A model generated the notes under the pieces. That model saw nothing but the letters and a program-made list of their open reading frames with translations, searched no databases and had not been told where the DNA came from. Of a stretch of DNA of 64,000 nucleotides, positions 8,616 through 17,999 are shown one piece after another. Position 1 is the first letter of the stretch; the number at the start of each line of letters is the position of its first letter. Origin of the DNA: Chloroflexota bacterium. GTDB taxonomy: Bacteria; Chloroflexota; Dehalococcoidia; Lucifugimonadales; JADFKI01. The stretch lies in contig JAQBUT010000009.1 in the NCBI GenBank assembly GCA_027623195.1, forward strand, positions 1-64,000, given 5' to 3'. The position numbers and the translations under genes are program-made.

Positions 8616-9464
8616 ATGAACCTCAGAGAGTACCTTCGTAACGCCAGCGAGCACATTCCTGCCGCCCCACATGCTAATCCGAGACTGGAAACGGAAGTCC
8701 TCATACGCCACGCCCTACGTATCAGCCGCGAGCAGTTCTTTGCCGACCTGGAACGCACTCTAACCTCCGATGAAGCCGCAGCCATGGACGCCCTGGTAGC
8801 GCGTAGAGCGTCCGGAGAGCCATTGGCGTACATCACGGGGCATCGTGAGTTTTACGGGCTGGATTTCGTAGTAAACAACCATGTCCTGATACCCCGACAA
8901 GAGACCGAACTTCTGGTGGACCTGGCCCTGGATTTCGCAAAGGATTGGGCGCCAAGTGAGCTCAGTATCGCGGACGTGGGAACAGGCAGCGGCGCCATCG
9001 CCATCGCACTGGCTATCAACCTACCTGGCGCTACTGCGTTTGCGACCGAATGGGACGACGGAGCGATAGAAGTTGCGCGGGCGAATTTCCGACGCCATGA
9101 CGTACAGGGCAGAGTGGACTTGCTTCAAGGGGACCTTTTGGAACCTATCCAGGGACAAGTGGACATTATCGTCTCTAATCCGCCTTACATTCCCACCGAT
9201 GAGATCGAAGGGCTGGCGGTTGAGGTTCAGCAGGAACCCAGGCAAGCGCTGGACGGCGGCCTCGATGGTCTGGATACTTTCCGAAGATTAATAGGGCAGG
9301 CTCCAACTAAGTTAAAGCCGCGGGGCTTAATGCTGGTTGAGCTGTCTCCTCAGCAGATGGACAACGCCGAAATTCTTGCAGCGCAGGCCTTCCCATTGAC
9401 TGAGGTCTCGCACGCGGACGACCTGCTTGGTCTGGCTAGAGTGCTGGTTATTAAATGCAAATGA
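8616..9464 (+). CDS. prmC: Release factor glutamine methyltransferase PrmC/HemK
   Basis: GEPLAYITG, LIPRQETE, DVGTGSG, NPPY. Confidence 0.97.
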   Translation: MNLREYLRNASEHIPAAPHANPRLETEVLIRHALRISREQFFADLERTLTSDEAAAMDALVARRASGEPLAYITGHREFYGLDFVVNNHVLIPRQETELLVDLALDFAKDWAPSELSIADVGTGSGAIAIALAINLPGATAFATEWDDGAIEVARANFRRHDVQGRVDLLQGDLLEPIQGQVDIIVSNPPYIPTDEIEGLAVEVQQEPRQALDGGLDGLDTFRRLIGQAPTKLKPRGLMLVELSPQQMDNAEILAAQAFPLTEVSHADDLLGLARVLVIKCK

Positions 9465-9489
9465 GGCGGCCATTAAGGCCGCCTCATTT
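9459..9489. terminator. Bidirectional terminator hairpin between prmC and the GuaB3 gene
   Basis: Perfect 13-bp inverted repeat AAATGAGGCGGCC/GGCCGCCTCATTT. Confidence 0.8.
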
Positions 9490-9540
9490 AAATTACTCTT
9501 CTACTTAGTCACTTACCGATGGCGAGTTTTCCCCGTAAGA

Positions 9541-10680
9541 CTACTCGAAGCCCAACTGGTAGTGCTTGCCTTCCGTCTTGATGGACGGGGCCATGATTAC
9601 CTCTGCGTTGTGCATCTCCTGGATGGTCTGCGCGCCAACCATGCCCATGCAAACCCTCAAAGCGCCCATCAGGTTCTGAGTACCGTCAGTAGCGGAGGTT
9701 GGGCCGAAGAGTATCTCTTTAAGAGTCCCTTTGATGCCTACGTTGACACGGGTGCCGCGAGGCAGCGCGGGATGGGGATTGGCCATGCCCCAGTTGTAGC
9801 CTTTACCGGGGGCCTCTTTGGCCTGGGCCAGAGGCGATCCCAACATCACCGCGTCGGCGCCGCAAGCGAAAGACTTGCACAAGTCCCCGCCAGTGCGAAT
9901 GCCACCATCGGTAATCACCGGCACGTAGCGACCGCTACGCCTGAAGTACTCGTCGCGGGCCGCGGCGCAGTCCAGAGTAGCAGTAACCTGCGGTACTCCG
10001 ACTCCTGTGACTTCTCTCGTGGTGCAGGCCGCTCCCGGGCCGACTCCAACAAGCAGACCATGTATGCCTGTTTCCATTAACTCCAGGGCTACGTCGTAGC
10101 CAACGCAATTGCCCACAAGCACCGGCACATTCACCATCTCAAGCAACTCCGGGAAACGGAGCCCAATTTGGCTGCTAGAAATGTGCCTGGCCGTAGTCAC
10201 CGTGGACTGTACGACGATCATGTCTGCGCCAGCCTCCGCAGCTATGGGGGCGAACCGTTTCGTGCTGGCCGGGGTAACAGAAACGGCGCACCTAGCGCCG
10301 TTCTTCCTGGTTTCTTCTACTCGAGCCGCTATCAAATGATCCTTGATAGGCTCGGTATAAAGCTTCTGTAGGAGGCTGGTGACTTCTTCCTGGGGGGTAG
10401 TCACAATCTCGTTCAATATCTCTTCTGTGTTTTCGTATCGACACTGGATTCCTTCCAGGTTCAAAACAGCCATGCCGCCGAGCTCGCTCATGTGGCCCGC
10501 GAATTTCGGGGAGACCACTGCGTCCATTGCAGCCGCCAATATAGGGGTGCTAAGAGTAATACCTTCGACAGAAAAATCAATGTTGGTTAGTTCTGGGTTA
10601 ACAGTCAGTTCGCCCGGTGCGATAGCAACTTCATCGAATCCGTAGGCTCGCCGAATTTCCTTAAGCTGGGGTGCGACCAT
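9541..10680 (-). CDS. guaB: GuaB3-family IMP dehydrogenase-related protein
   Basis: RRAYGFDEVAIAPG, GVGPGAACTTR catalytic loop, no CBS pair. Confidence 0.9.
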   Translation of the reverse strand: MVAPQLKEIRRAYGFDEVAIAPGELTVNPELTNIDFSVEGITLSTPILAAAMDAVVSPKFAGHMSELGGMAVLNLEGIQCRYENTEEILNEIVTTPQEEVTSLLQKLYTEPIKDHLIAARVEETRKNGARCAVSVTPASTKRFAPIAAEAGADMIVVQSTVTTARHISSSQIGLRFPELLEMVNVPVLVGNCVGYDVALELMETGIHGLLVGVGPGAACTTREVTGVGVPQVTATLDCAAARDEYFRRSGRYVPVITDGGIRTGGDLCKSFACGADAVMLGSPLAQAKEAPGKGYNWGMANPHPALPRGTRVNVGIKGTLKEILFGPTSATDGTQNLMGALRVCMGMVGAQTIQEMHNAEVIMAPSIKTEGKHYQLGFE

Positions 10681-10712
10681 TATTTTGCCCCTCTCAGGCT
10701 GAAATTTTTTGG

Positions 10713-10741
10713 ACTATAACAAAGCATAATTTTTACGTCAA
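10713..10741 (-). promoter_or_regulatory. Sigma70-type promoter of the GuaB3 gene
   Basis: TTGACG-17 bp-TATAGT with extended TG. Confidence 0.7.
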
Positions 10742-10794
10742 GCTTGGGTTTCATCAATTTGAGTGATAATGTAATTTCTGGCTTCACCTCCAAC

Positions 10795-11061
10795 TCAAGA
10801 CCTTCCAAAATCCGAGACGATATGACTTTCATCGTGTCCCACGACAGCGGAAATAAACGAGCCTCTGGTTGATTCCTCAGCTGCGAAAAGCGCGTCGTTG
10901 GTGAGTGGGTGAAACTTGCGGTGATCGTTGGGGGTTAGTACGAACGAATCGAATTGCTCTCTGGATCGGCCTGGCGCTTGGCCGGCCATCCATCCTGCTC
11001 GAAGGGCGTGGCCCCAGTGTTGGCAATACCTTAGGCGAACATTCATTTTCGCTTCCGCCAA
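10795..11061 (-). pseudogene. Degenerate Rdx/SelW-family (thioredoxin-like) gene with CxxW
   Basis: VRLRYCQHWGHALRAGWMA resembles Rdx YCxx(U/C)...RAxWxA; the downstream GGxFEV-type motif is eroded (PNDHRKFHP). Confidence 0.55.
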
Positions 11062-11110
11062 TCTGGCACCTTCTCCGTGCGGTCAATTACAATCGAATCT
11101 AGTTTAATTG

Positions 11111-11139
11111 ATAATAGGACTGTAAGTAAGGTAGGTCAA
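11111..11139 (-). promoter_or_regulatory. Sigma70-type promoter upstream of the Rdx-like gene
   Basis: TTGACC-17 bp-TATTAT. Confidence 0.6.
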
Positions 11140-11219
11140 CGGTGCCAGCCGAATAAAGGTTATCCTGTCCTATAATAAATCTGACCTAAGTGATTTGAAA
11201 TCCAGATAAGTGCGGACAT

Positions 11220-12362
11220 ATGACGTCTCGTGAAAACATCGTTCGAGGTTACGCGACAGGGCTGGGATTCGACCTTGTGGGCATCACAACAGCGGAGCCT
11301 TTTTTGCGTGACGAACAGGCCGCATTAGAGAGAGTACAGGCTGGCCTGATGGACGGCCTCGGGTGGTATACCGAGGAGCGCGTGCGGCGTGCCAACCGAC
11401 CAGAGGTCCTCCTGGAGGGTGCCCAGTCGGTTATTTCCCTAGCCCTAAGCTACAACTCGGGACCGCCTGATGCGGATGGCAGCGGCCCGAAAGGCAAAAT
11501 CGCCCGCTACGCCTGGGGCGACGATTACCACGACGTAATCAAGAAACGCCTACGCCAGTTCTGCGAAGGCCTTGAGGCCCGTCTGGGCGAGCCTGTCCGC
11601 ACCAGAATATTCGTGGACGACGGCCCCATGAACGACCGAGCCGCTGCGGAGCGTGCTGGTGTGGGCTGGTTCGGCAAGAACACCAACATCCTTACCCCAA
11701 GTCACGGCTCATGGGTTTTCCTGGCTCAGGTAGTAACCGACTTAAAGCTCTCACCGGACGAGCCGCTCAAAAAAACCTGCGGAAGTTGCGTCCTGTGCAT
11801 TGACGCCTGCCCTACAGGGGCCATAGTAGGGCCGTACGTTATCGACAATCGGAAGTGCATTTCGTTTCTCACCATAGAACTGCGGGGCCCCATCCCCAAG
11901 GACTTACGTCCACTGATAGGCGATTGGGTCTTCGGCTGCGATATATGTCAGGACGTTTGCCCCGTTAACCGGAAGGCAACTCAGACATTGGAGCCAGCCT
12001 TCCAACAGCGACATGACTTCTCTGCGCCCGAGTTGATACCTCTTTTGGAACTGGACGAAGAGGGATTCAGGGAGCGCTTCCGCAATAGCGCTATCAAGCG
12101 GGCCAAGCATGTAGGTCTTCAACGAAATGTGTGTGTGGCGCTCGGCAACATCGGCGACGCCATTGCTGTCCCTGCTCTGGCAAAGGCGTTGGAATCCGAC
12201 AGTCCGCTAGTCAGAGACCACGCCGCCTGGGCGTTAGGCCGCATCGGCGGCGCTGAAGCAGTGCAGACGCTGCGATCCGCTTCGCTTAAGCCGCAAGAAG
12301 AAGATGTCCAAGAGGAAATCCTGGACGCACTACGTCATCTGGCAGCGGAAGTACAGGCATGA
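11220..12362 (+). CDS. queG: Epoxyqueuosine reductase QueG (with C-terminal HEAT repeats)
   Basis: IARYAWGDDYH, CGSCVLCIDACPT, FGCDICQDVCP. Confidence 0.95.
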   Translation: MTSRENIVRGYATGLGFDLVGITTAEPFLRDEQAALERVQAGLMDGLGWYTEERVRRANRPEVLLEGAQSVISLALSYNSGPPDADGSGPKGKIARYAWGDDYHDVIKKRLRQFCEGLEARLGEPVRTRIFVDDGPMNDRAAAERAGVGWFGKNTNILTPSHGSWVFLAQVVTDLKLSPDEPLKKTCGSCVLCIDACPTGAIVGPYVIDNRKCISFLTIELRGPIPKDLRPLIGDWVFGCDICQDVCPVNRKATQTLEPAFQQRHDFSAPELIPLLELDEEGFRERFRNSAIKRAKHVGLQRNVCVALGNIGDAIAVPALAKALESDSPLVRDHAAWALGRIGGAEAVQTLRSASLKPQEEDVQEEILDALRHLAAEVQA

Positions 12363-13123
12363 CGGCTTCAGGGCGCATTTTCCTGGCCAACGTAGGGGCC
12401 AACGCCAGCCACTCCTTCGACAGCCCTATATTCGACGACGGCACTTTCGAATTCATAACGATACCGGAGGATCAAGACCTCCCGGGCGACCACGCCGTGC
12501 GCTACGGCAGCTTGACCTCGTTCTACGACCCCGGCAAGTCAATACAGGACTACATACCTCAACGCCTTTGGAACTTCCCAACACATTTCGACCCCGAGTT
12601 CGAGACCTTCACTTACGGAGACAACTGCGAGACCAGTCCCAGGGCCGCCTCGTTGAAGCGCATGGCGCCGGGCGACTTCATATTCTTTCTCGCCAGACTC
12701 ACCCGGGAGAAGAAAACCAAGGAACCCTCGGTACACGGCTTCTACCTGGTAGGATTTTTGGAAATCGAGGGGATTCTGAAGGATGTTACGCAACGGCCTA
12801 CCGATGTCGAAATGGAACGTTACGGGACCAACGCCCACGTCCTCAGAGGGCTGAGCGATAAGACACTTTGGGATCGTTTCTGGGTCTTTGCTGGGACGCC
12901 GAACTCTCGTAGGTTCCGCCGGGCAGTCCCGGTGACGAGAGAGCTAGCCTTGCAGGTGTTTTCGTCGGCGGGCGGCTCGCCCTGGAAATGGGACACAGGC
13001 CGCAGCGACTTACAGGTGATAGGCTCTTACACCCGTAGTTGCCGGTGCGTCATCGACCCTGCAACGCCTGGCCAGGCCGAAAAGGCGACGATTATGTGGG
13101 ACTGGGTTGCCAGGCATTCTTGA
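12359..13123 (+). CDS. Nmad3-like (nucleotide-modification-associated domain 3) protein
   Basis: SPIFDDGTFEFITIPE, HFDPEFETFTYGD, PGDFIFFLARL and YLVGFLEI match my recollection of the Nmad3 family; ATGA overlap with queG. Confidence 0.6.
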   Translation: MTASGRIFLANVGANASHSFDSPIFDDGTFEFITIPEDQDLPGDHAVRYGSLTSFYDPGKSIQDYIPQRLWNFPTHFDPEFETFTYGDNCETSPRAASLKRMAPGDFIFFLARLTREKKTKEPSVHGFYLVGFLEIEGILKDVTQRPTDVEMERYGTNAHVLRGLSDKTLWDRFWVFAGTPNSRRFRRAVPVTRELALQVFSSAGGSPWKWDTGRSDLQVIGSYTRSCRCVIDPATPGQAEKATIMWDWVARHS

Positions 13124-13164
13124 GGGCATGTTACCCTGCCTTTACTTTGGTGTAATCCATAGAG

Positions 13165-14577
13165 GTGGATAAAACAAGATTAATTATGCCTCGCGGTTTA
13201 AAGACTTCAGTGACCGCATTGGCCTTCCTCCTGCTTGCCATTGGGTGCCAGAGTCCTGCGCCCTTCACCCCACCAGTGGTGAATGTAGTACCCAGCGCCA
13301 CGCCCACTGCAACTCGCACCCAAACGCCTGAGCCTGCGGAAATCGCCACCCCAACGAAGGCTCCTTCAGCGGCAACTGTGCCAATTACAACGGCAACGGC
13401 TACCACCAGCGCGGGAACTCACCCTACGGCCACTCCCACCGAAACCCAGGCGTCAACAGCCACGGCCACGCCAACTATCCCAGCGACGGCTATGCCGCCA
13501 CTGGCAGATACACCCACTCCCGTACCAACAAGTACGCCTGAGCCCAGCGCGACGGCCACGCCGACCCCGCTGCCATCAGCTTCGCCTACTCCCCTAGCAA
13601 TTGATGTGAACGGAAGCCTCACGTACATCGACAGCGACGGCAATTTATGGCTTATCAACGCCGACGGTTCCGGAAAGACGTTCCTGGCAAAAGACGTGGA
13701 CCCGTCTCAGTCGCCGGTATGGTCGCCGGCAAAAAGCCGGGTGGCTTTCAGGGAGAATAAGACTGTTAACAACATTCCAGTCAAAGTCTGGCGAGTGATG
13801 GAAGTAGACGATTTAGGCCGTTATCAGCTTATCGCCCGCATACAGAACTCTGAAGACTTCGCGTGGTCCTCCGACGGACGTTCCGCGATTATCTCAGAAC
13901 CCTTCAAGGGCTTTGTGGAATACAACATCTCCACCCAACGCACGGAGGACGTATTCGACACCTTCGGAGGCGCCGTGGACCGTAGTCCTGCGCTGTCTCC
14001 CAACGGCAAGAAGCTGGTGTTCGTGCATTACGAGCTCAGCGTGCAATATTACGTCGGGTTGGTCCGCGCCTACGACGACCAGATCAAACCGGTCACTTAT
14101 GACGAGTCCTTCACCAATTACTTCCATCCCGTAGTGACGTTGCTGGATGCGGGAACAGCCAAAGAACGGAATCAACAATTTCGGTTCATGTGGACGCAGG
14201 ACGGCAAAAAGATCGTGTACGCCGTGCAGCAGTCGGGAGAAGCGTTTGGCAGCATATTCGCCACCGGGGCAATATTCAACACCGTAGCCTCTGGTGTCCT
14301 CGCGCCAGCCTCCACCAATGTGGACCTTTCCGCCAGCGGTGAAAGTGTCGTCTTTTCGTCATCGCAGGGCCTTATGACTGCGCCCATCGAGGGTTCTTAT
14401 ACGCCCCGCATGTTGCTGGAGGGTGCCCCAACCTCGCCGCGATGGTCCCCGGACGACATGCACGTGGCGGCCATCGACGACCGAGGCATCACCATTGTTT
14501 CCTTCGACGGCAAAGTATCTGGTGTTATCCCCGAAACCAAGGGCGCAGTGTCCATGGCCTGGTTGCCCCTGCCCTAG
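13165..14577 (+). CDS. Lipoprotein with Pro/Thr-rich linker and TolB-like (PD40) beta-propeller
   Basis: Lipobox AIGC, long PT/AT linker, repeats PVWSP, FAWSSDG, ALSPNG, PRWSPD. Confidence 0.8.
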   Translation: MDKTRLIMPRGLKTSVTALAFLLLAIGCQSPAPFTPPVVNVVPSATPTATRTQTPEPAEIATPTKAPSAATVPITTATATTSAGTHPTATPTETQASTATATPTIPATAMPPLADTPTPVPTSTPEPSATATPTPLPSASPTPLAIDVNGSLTYIDSDGNLWLINADGSGKTFLAKDVDPSQSPVWSPAKSRVAFRENKTVNNIPVKVWRVMEVDDLGRYQLIARIQNSEDFAWSSDGRSAIISEPFKGFVEYNISTQRTEDVFDTFGGAVDRSPALSPNGKKLVFVHYELSVQYYVGLVRAYDDQIKPVTYDESFTNYFHPVVTLLDAGTAKERNQQFRFMWTQDGKKIVYAVQQSGEAFGSIFATGAIFNTVASGVLAPASTNVDLSASGESVVFSSSQGLMTAPIEGSYTPRMLLEGAPTSPRWSPDDMHVAAIDDRGITIVSFDGKVSGVIPETKGAVSMAWLPLP

Positions 14578-14590
14578 TTACATTCACATC

Positions 14591-14619
14591 TTGACAATCC
14601 CCTGCCCAGGCTCTAGCTT
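14591..14619 (+). promoter_or_regulatory. Sigma70-type promoter of the ggt operon
   Basis: TTGACA-17 bp-TAGCTT. Confidence 0.55.
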
Positions 14620-14665
14620 GTAAGCCGACGCGTCGCGTGAACAACACCTTCACAGGGTATTTTCG

Positions 14666-16324
14666 TTGGCAAACAGACAGGGTATTTCAACCTCCGAATT
14701 TCCAGCCGCCAATCGACCGGCCGCGCTGGGCGTTAACGGCATGGTAACTTCAGCTCATCCACTGGCGTCCGCTGCTGGCCTACAGGTACTCATGGAAGGC
14801 GGCAATGCCTTTGATGCTGCCATTGCAACAGCGGCCGTCCTTGGCGTTGGGGAGCCCTACATGTCGGGCATGGGTGGCATAGGCGTGGCGCTGGTGTATA
14901 CAGCGTCCGACAGGCAGTTGCGTGCCCTTAACTTCTCAGGCCGCACCCCCAAAGCCGCCGAGCCTTCACTTTTCACAGAAGGAAAGAAGGACGCTGGCGC
15001 AATGTCTCCGCTGATTCCTGGCAACGTCGCCGGGTGGCTAGCCTTACATGAGGCCCACGGCTCCATGGACCGGGAGCGGCTATTCCGACCTGCCATCAAC
15101 TACGCCGAGGGTGGCATGCCTGTCACGAGGCTCAACGCCCGAACGATGGCCAACAACGCCTCAAGGCTAACCAAGTTCCCTTCCGGATCGATTATTGTTG
15201 GCCCGGACGGCAGCACGCCATCGGCCGGCGATAGGTTACGCATGCCGCAACTGGCTGAATCGTTTAAGGCCATGGTTAAAGGCGGCACTGAGGCCTTTTA
15301 CCGTGGTGGTATCGCCGAGCGCATTGTAAGAGGCGTTCAGGCAGCCGGTGGTCTGCTGACCATGGATGACATGGCAGACTACCGCGTGGAATGGCAGGAT
15401 CCCGTCAGCATCTCCTACCGCGATTACAAGATATTCACGACGCCGCCGAACTCCACGGGCTTCCAGATTCTGCAGACCTTGAAGTTCATGGAAGGCTTCA
15501 GCGGCAATGACCTCGTCTTTCAGTCGCCGGAGACTCTACACCTGATGATGGAGTCCGTGAAATTGGCCGTCACTGACAGGATCAGGTATGGCGGCGACCC
15601 GAATTACTTGGACATCCCCATTGGCGGCCTGCTTTCAAACGGCTACGCTGCCCAGCAGAGGGGCCGGGTCGACCGTAGCAAGGCATCAACCGTTTCCGGG
15701 GAGACCTTCGCAGCAGGCGTGCCTACAGGCTCTCTGATGGCGGGCAGCCCAGAGGCGTTCGATGGCGGCATGACGACCCATTTCGCGGTGACCGACAGGG
15801 ACGGCAACGTCGTATCCGTCACGCAGACGTTGGGCGGTAGCTTCGGCTCCGGCTTCGCCCCTGGAGACACAGGCATTTTTCTGAACAACATGTGCCACTG
15901 GTTCGACCTGGAAGAGGGCAGCTCAAACCGGATAGGCCCCGACAAGAGGGTCGACTTCTGCGTGGCTCCAACGCAGACGTTCCGTAACGGTCAGTTCTAC
16001 GCCAGCATGGGCACTCCGGGAAGCTGGGGTATCTTGCAAACTACGCCCCAGTTCCTAATGCATCTTCTGGATTTCGGCATGAATCCGCAGGAGGCCATTG
16101 AGGCGCCGCGATTCCGATACTACGGCGGCGTCAGCGTCCAGATGGAGGAGCGATTCCCCCTGTATGTTCGCCATGCTATGGAGCAAAAAGGACACGATGT
16201 AACTGTACTGGAACCCTGGGCCATGTCCGTAGGCGGTGCACAGGGATTCCGGCTTAACCCGAATTCTGGCACTTTGGAAGGCGGCGCAGACCCTCGCAGA
16301 GATGGTCTCGCCGTCGGATGGTAG
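14666..16324 (+). CDS. ggt: Gamma-glutamyltransferase family (cytoplasmic, no signal peptide)
   Basis: GGNAFDAAIA, autocleavage site TTHF, GADPRRDG. Confidence 0.92.
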   Translation: MANRQGISTSEFPAANRPAALGVNGMVTSAHPLASAAGLQVLMEGGNAFDAAIATAAVLGVGEPYMSGMGGIGVALVYTASDRQLRALNFSGRTPKAAEPSLFTEGKKDAGAMSPLIPGNVAGWLALHEAHGSMDRERLFRPAINYAEGGMPVTRLNARTMANNASRLTKFPSGSIIVGPDGSTPSAGDRLRMPQLAESFKAMVKGGTEAFYRGGIAERIVRGVQAAGGLLTMDDMADYRVEWQDPVSISYRDYKIFTTPPNSTGFQILQTLKFMEGFSGNDLVFQSPETLHLMMESVKLAVTDRIRYGGDPNYLDIPIGGLLSNGYAAQQRGRVDRSKASTVSGETFAAGVPTGSLMAGSPEAFDGGMTTHFAVTDRDGNVVSVTQTLGGSFGSGFAPGDTGIFLNNMCHWFDLEEGSSNRIGPDKRVDFCVAPTQTFRNGQFYASMGTPGSWGILQTTPQFLMHLLDFGMNPQEAIEAPRFRYYGGVSVQMEERFPLYVRHAMEQKGHDVTVLEPWAMSVGGAQGFRLNPNSGTLEGGADPRRDGLAVGW

Positions 16325-16329
16325 GTTGA

Positions 16330-17319
16330 ATGGCTAGAGAGAAGATATTCGTAACGCGGGAGCACATAATCCCGGAGGCGATTGCGTATTTGGCTGAACA
16401 CCACGACGTTGAAGTCTGGAAAGAGCGCTCCGCGCCGCCCAGAGACTTGCTCATCAAGAAGGCGAGCGAGTGCGCGGGAATGCTTACGGAGATAACCGAC
16501 GTAATCGACAAAGAACTGTTGGACCAGACATCAACGTTGCGAGTTGTGGCTAACAGGGCCGTGGGCATGGACAACATCGACATCCTGGAGGCTACAAGCC
16601 ATGGAGTAATGGTCGCCAACACCCCGGGCGTCCTGCACGAGTCCTGCGCAGACTTCACCTTCGGCCTGATGCTTTCGCTGGCACGGAACATAACTTATGG
16701 GGACAGACAGATACGGGCGGGAGCATGGAAGGTCTTCGATCAGATTCCCTATCTCGGCACAGACGTTTACGAAGCGACTTTGGGCATTATCGGGATGGGG
16801 CTAATCGGAACGGCAGTGGCCCGACGGGCTAAGGCCTTCAACATGAAGATTGTTTACTACTCCCGTACTCGCAAGCCGGAACTTGAGGAAAGCCTTGGCC
16901 TGGAGTGGCGACCCGAAATGGACTCCATTTTCAGAGAGGCGGATTACGTTTCGCTGCACATGCCCCTAACGGCTGATACGGAGTACGTCGTTGGCCCTCG
17001 GGAGTTGGGCCTAATGAAGCCGACCTCGTTCCTTATTAACACGACGAGGGGACGCACCGTGGACCCTAAAGCCCTCTATGAAGCTGTGTCTGGTGGAGGT
17101 ATTGCCGGAGCGGCCCTTGACGTAACAGACCCAGAGCCTATCGGAATCGACGACCCTTTGCTAACGCTGCCAAACGTGCTTATATCTCCACACATCGCCA
17201 GCGCAAGCTCCGCCACCGTGAGAAAAATGGGGCAGATGGCGGCAGCAAACATATTGGCCGCGTTAGAGGGACAGACTATGCCTTCGTGCGTAAATCCAGA
17301 GGCCGCCAATCAGCGATAA
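16330..17319 (+). CDS. D-2-hydroxyacid dehydrogenase (glyoxylate reductase/D-glycerate dehydrogenase)
   Basis: GIIGMGLIG, INTTRG, LDVTDPEP, SPHIAS. Confidence 0.9.
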   Translation: MAREKIFVTREHIIPEAIAYLAEHHDVEVWKERSAPPRDLLIKKASECAGMLTEITDVIDKELLDQTSTLRVVANRAVGMDNIDILEATSHGVMVANTPGVLHESCADFTFGLMLSLARNITYGDRQIRAGAWKVFDQIPYLGTDVYEATLGIIGMGLIGTAVARRAKAFNMKIVYYSRTRKPELEESLGLEWRPEMDSIFREADYVSLHMPLTADTEYVVGPRELGLMKPTSFLINTTRGRTVDPKALYEAVSGGGIAGAALDVTDPEPIGIDDPLLTLPNVLISPHIASASSATVRKMGQMAAANILAALEGQTMPSCVNPEAANQR

Positions 17320-17414
17320 TTAGCGGCAGCAATGCTTGAGGCCTTGGGGAGCCATTTCTCCATGGCGCAGATTTGTTACTGCAAGAATCAATTGCCATCT
17401 ATCCCAAAGACCCC

Positions 17415-17470
17415 GGCAGGTCTGGGAACCACCCAACCCAATGCCATCATCAACCATTCCCAGACCTGCC
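17415..17470. terminator. 14-bp perfect inverted repeat with a long loop between convergent genes
   Basis: GGCAGGTCTGGGAA...TTCCCAGACCTGCC. Confidence 0.55.
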
Positions 17471-17507
17471 AGGTAATTCTTAAACCTAAAACGCAAGACG
17501 TGCAGCC

Positions 17508-17813
17508 TTAGTTAGTCTTAAAAGCGTTCACGCCTGTGACAAGCGCAGGCAGTCCACCCATCCAGAAGGCCACCCGAATCGTTTCGGCGATCTCCTCTTC
17601 AGTGGCGCCCAATGCCCTTGCTCTATTTGATATTGCCGCAACCCCGTCGGCGTGGGCTAAAAGCGCGTCGCAAAGCATGGTCATCAACGTCTTGACCTTG
17701 GCGGAAAGTGCGCCGTCTGCCAGGATAAGCTCTCGGCCTGAGCCAAGGAGCTCAGCCAGCTTGGGGTCGTTTTCCTGTAATGCCGCCGCATAAGGCGGTC
17801 GTTGCTGCTGCAT
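17508..17813 (-). CDS. Carboxymuconolactone decarboxylase/AhpD-like family protein (no CxxC)
   Basis: DGALSAKVKTLM, ARALGATEEEIAE; SD GGAGGAGG before ATG at 17813. Confidence 0.85.
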   Translation of the reverse strand: MQQQRPPYAAALQENDPKLAELLGSGRELILADGALSAKVKTLMTMLCDALLAHADGVAAISNRARALGATEEEIAETIRVAFWMGGLPALVTGVNAFKTN

Positions 17814-17999
17814 AGTTATCCTCCTCCATATTTTAGGCATAAACCTTTAGCGCCAATTGCAGTTTAAAACTGCCGGAGAAGGATACCACTTCAAGCAAAA
17901 GTCTATCGGTTTGGGGGTGTATTGGCCGTATGTGCGGGGGTTGCGTATCGTTTAGTTAGAGTGTGGGGGTGGTTAATATTTTTGAAGTACAGAGTACCT

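Noticed and set aside
13285..13595. Repetitive Pro/Thr/Ala-coding stretch (also in 41196.. and 59355.. genes)
   Set aside because: Ordinary low-complexity lipoprotein linkers, not DNA repeat elements.
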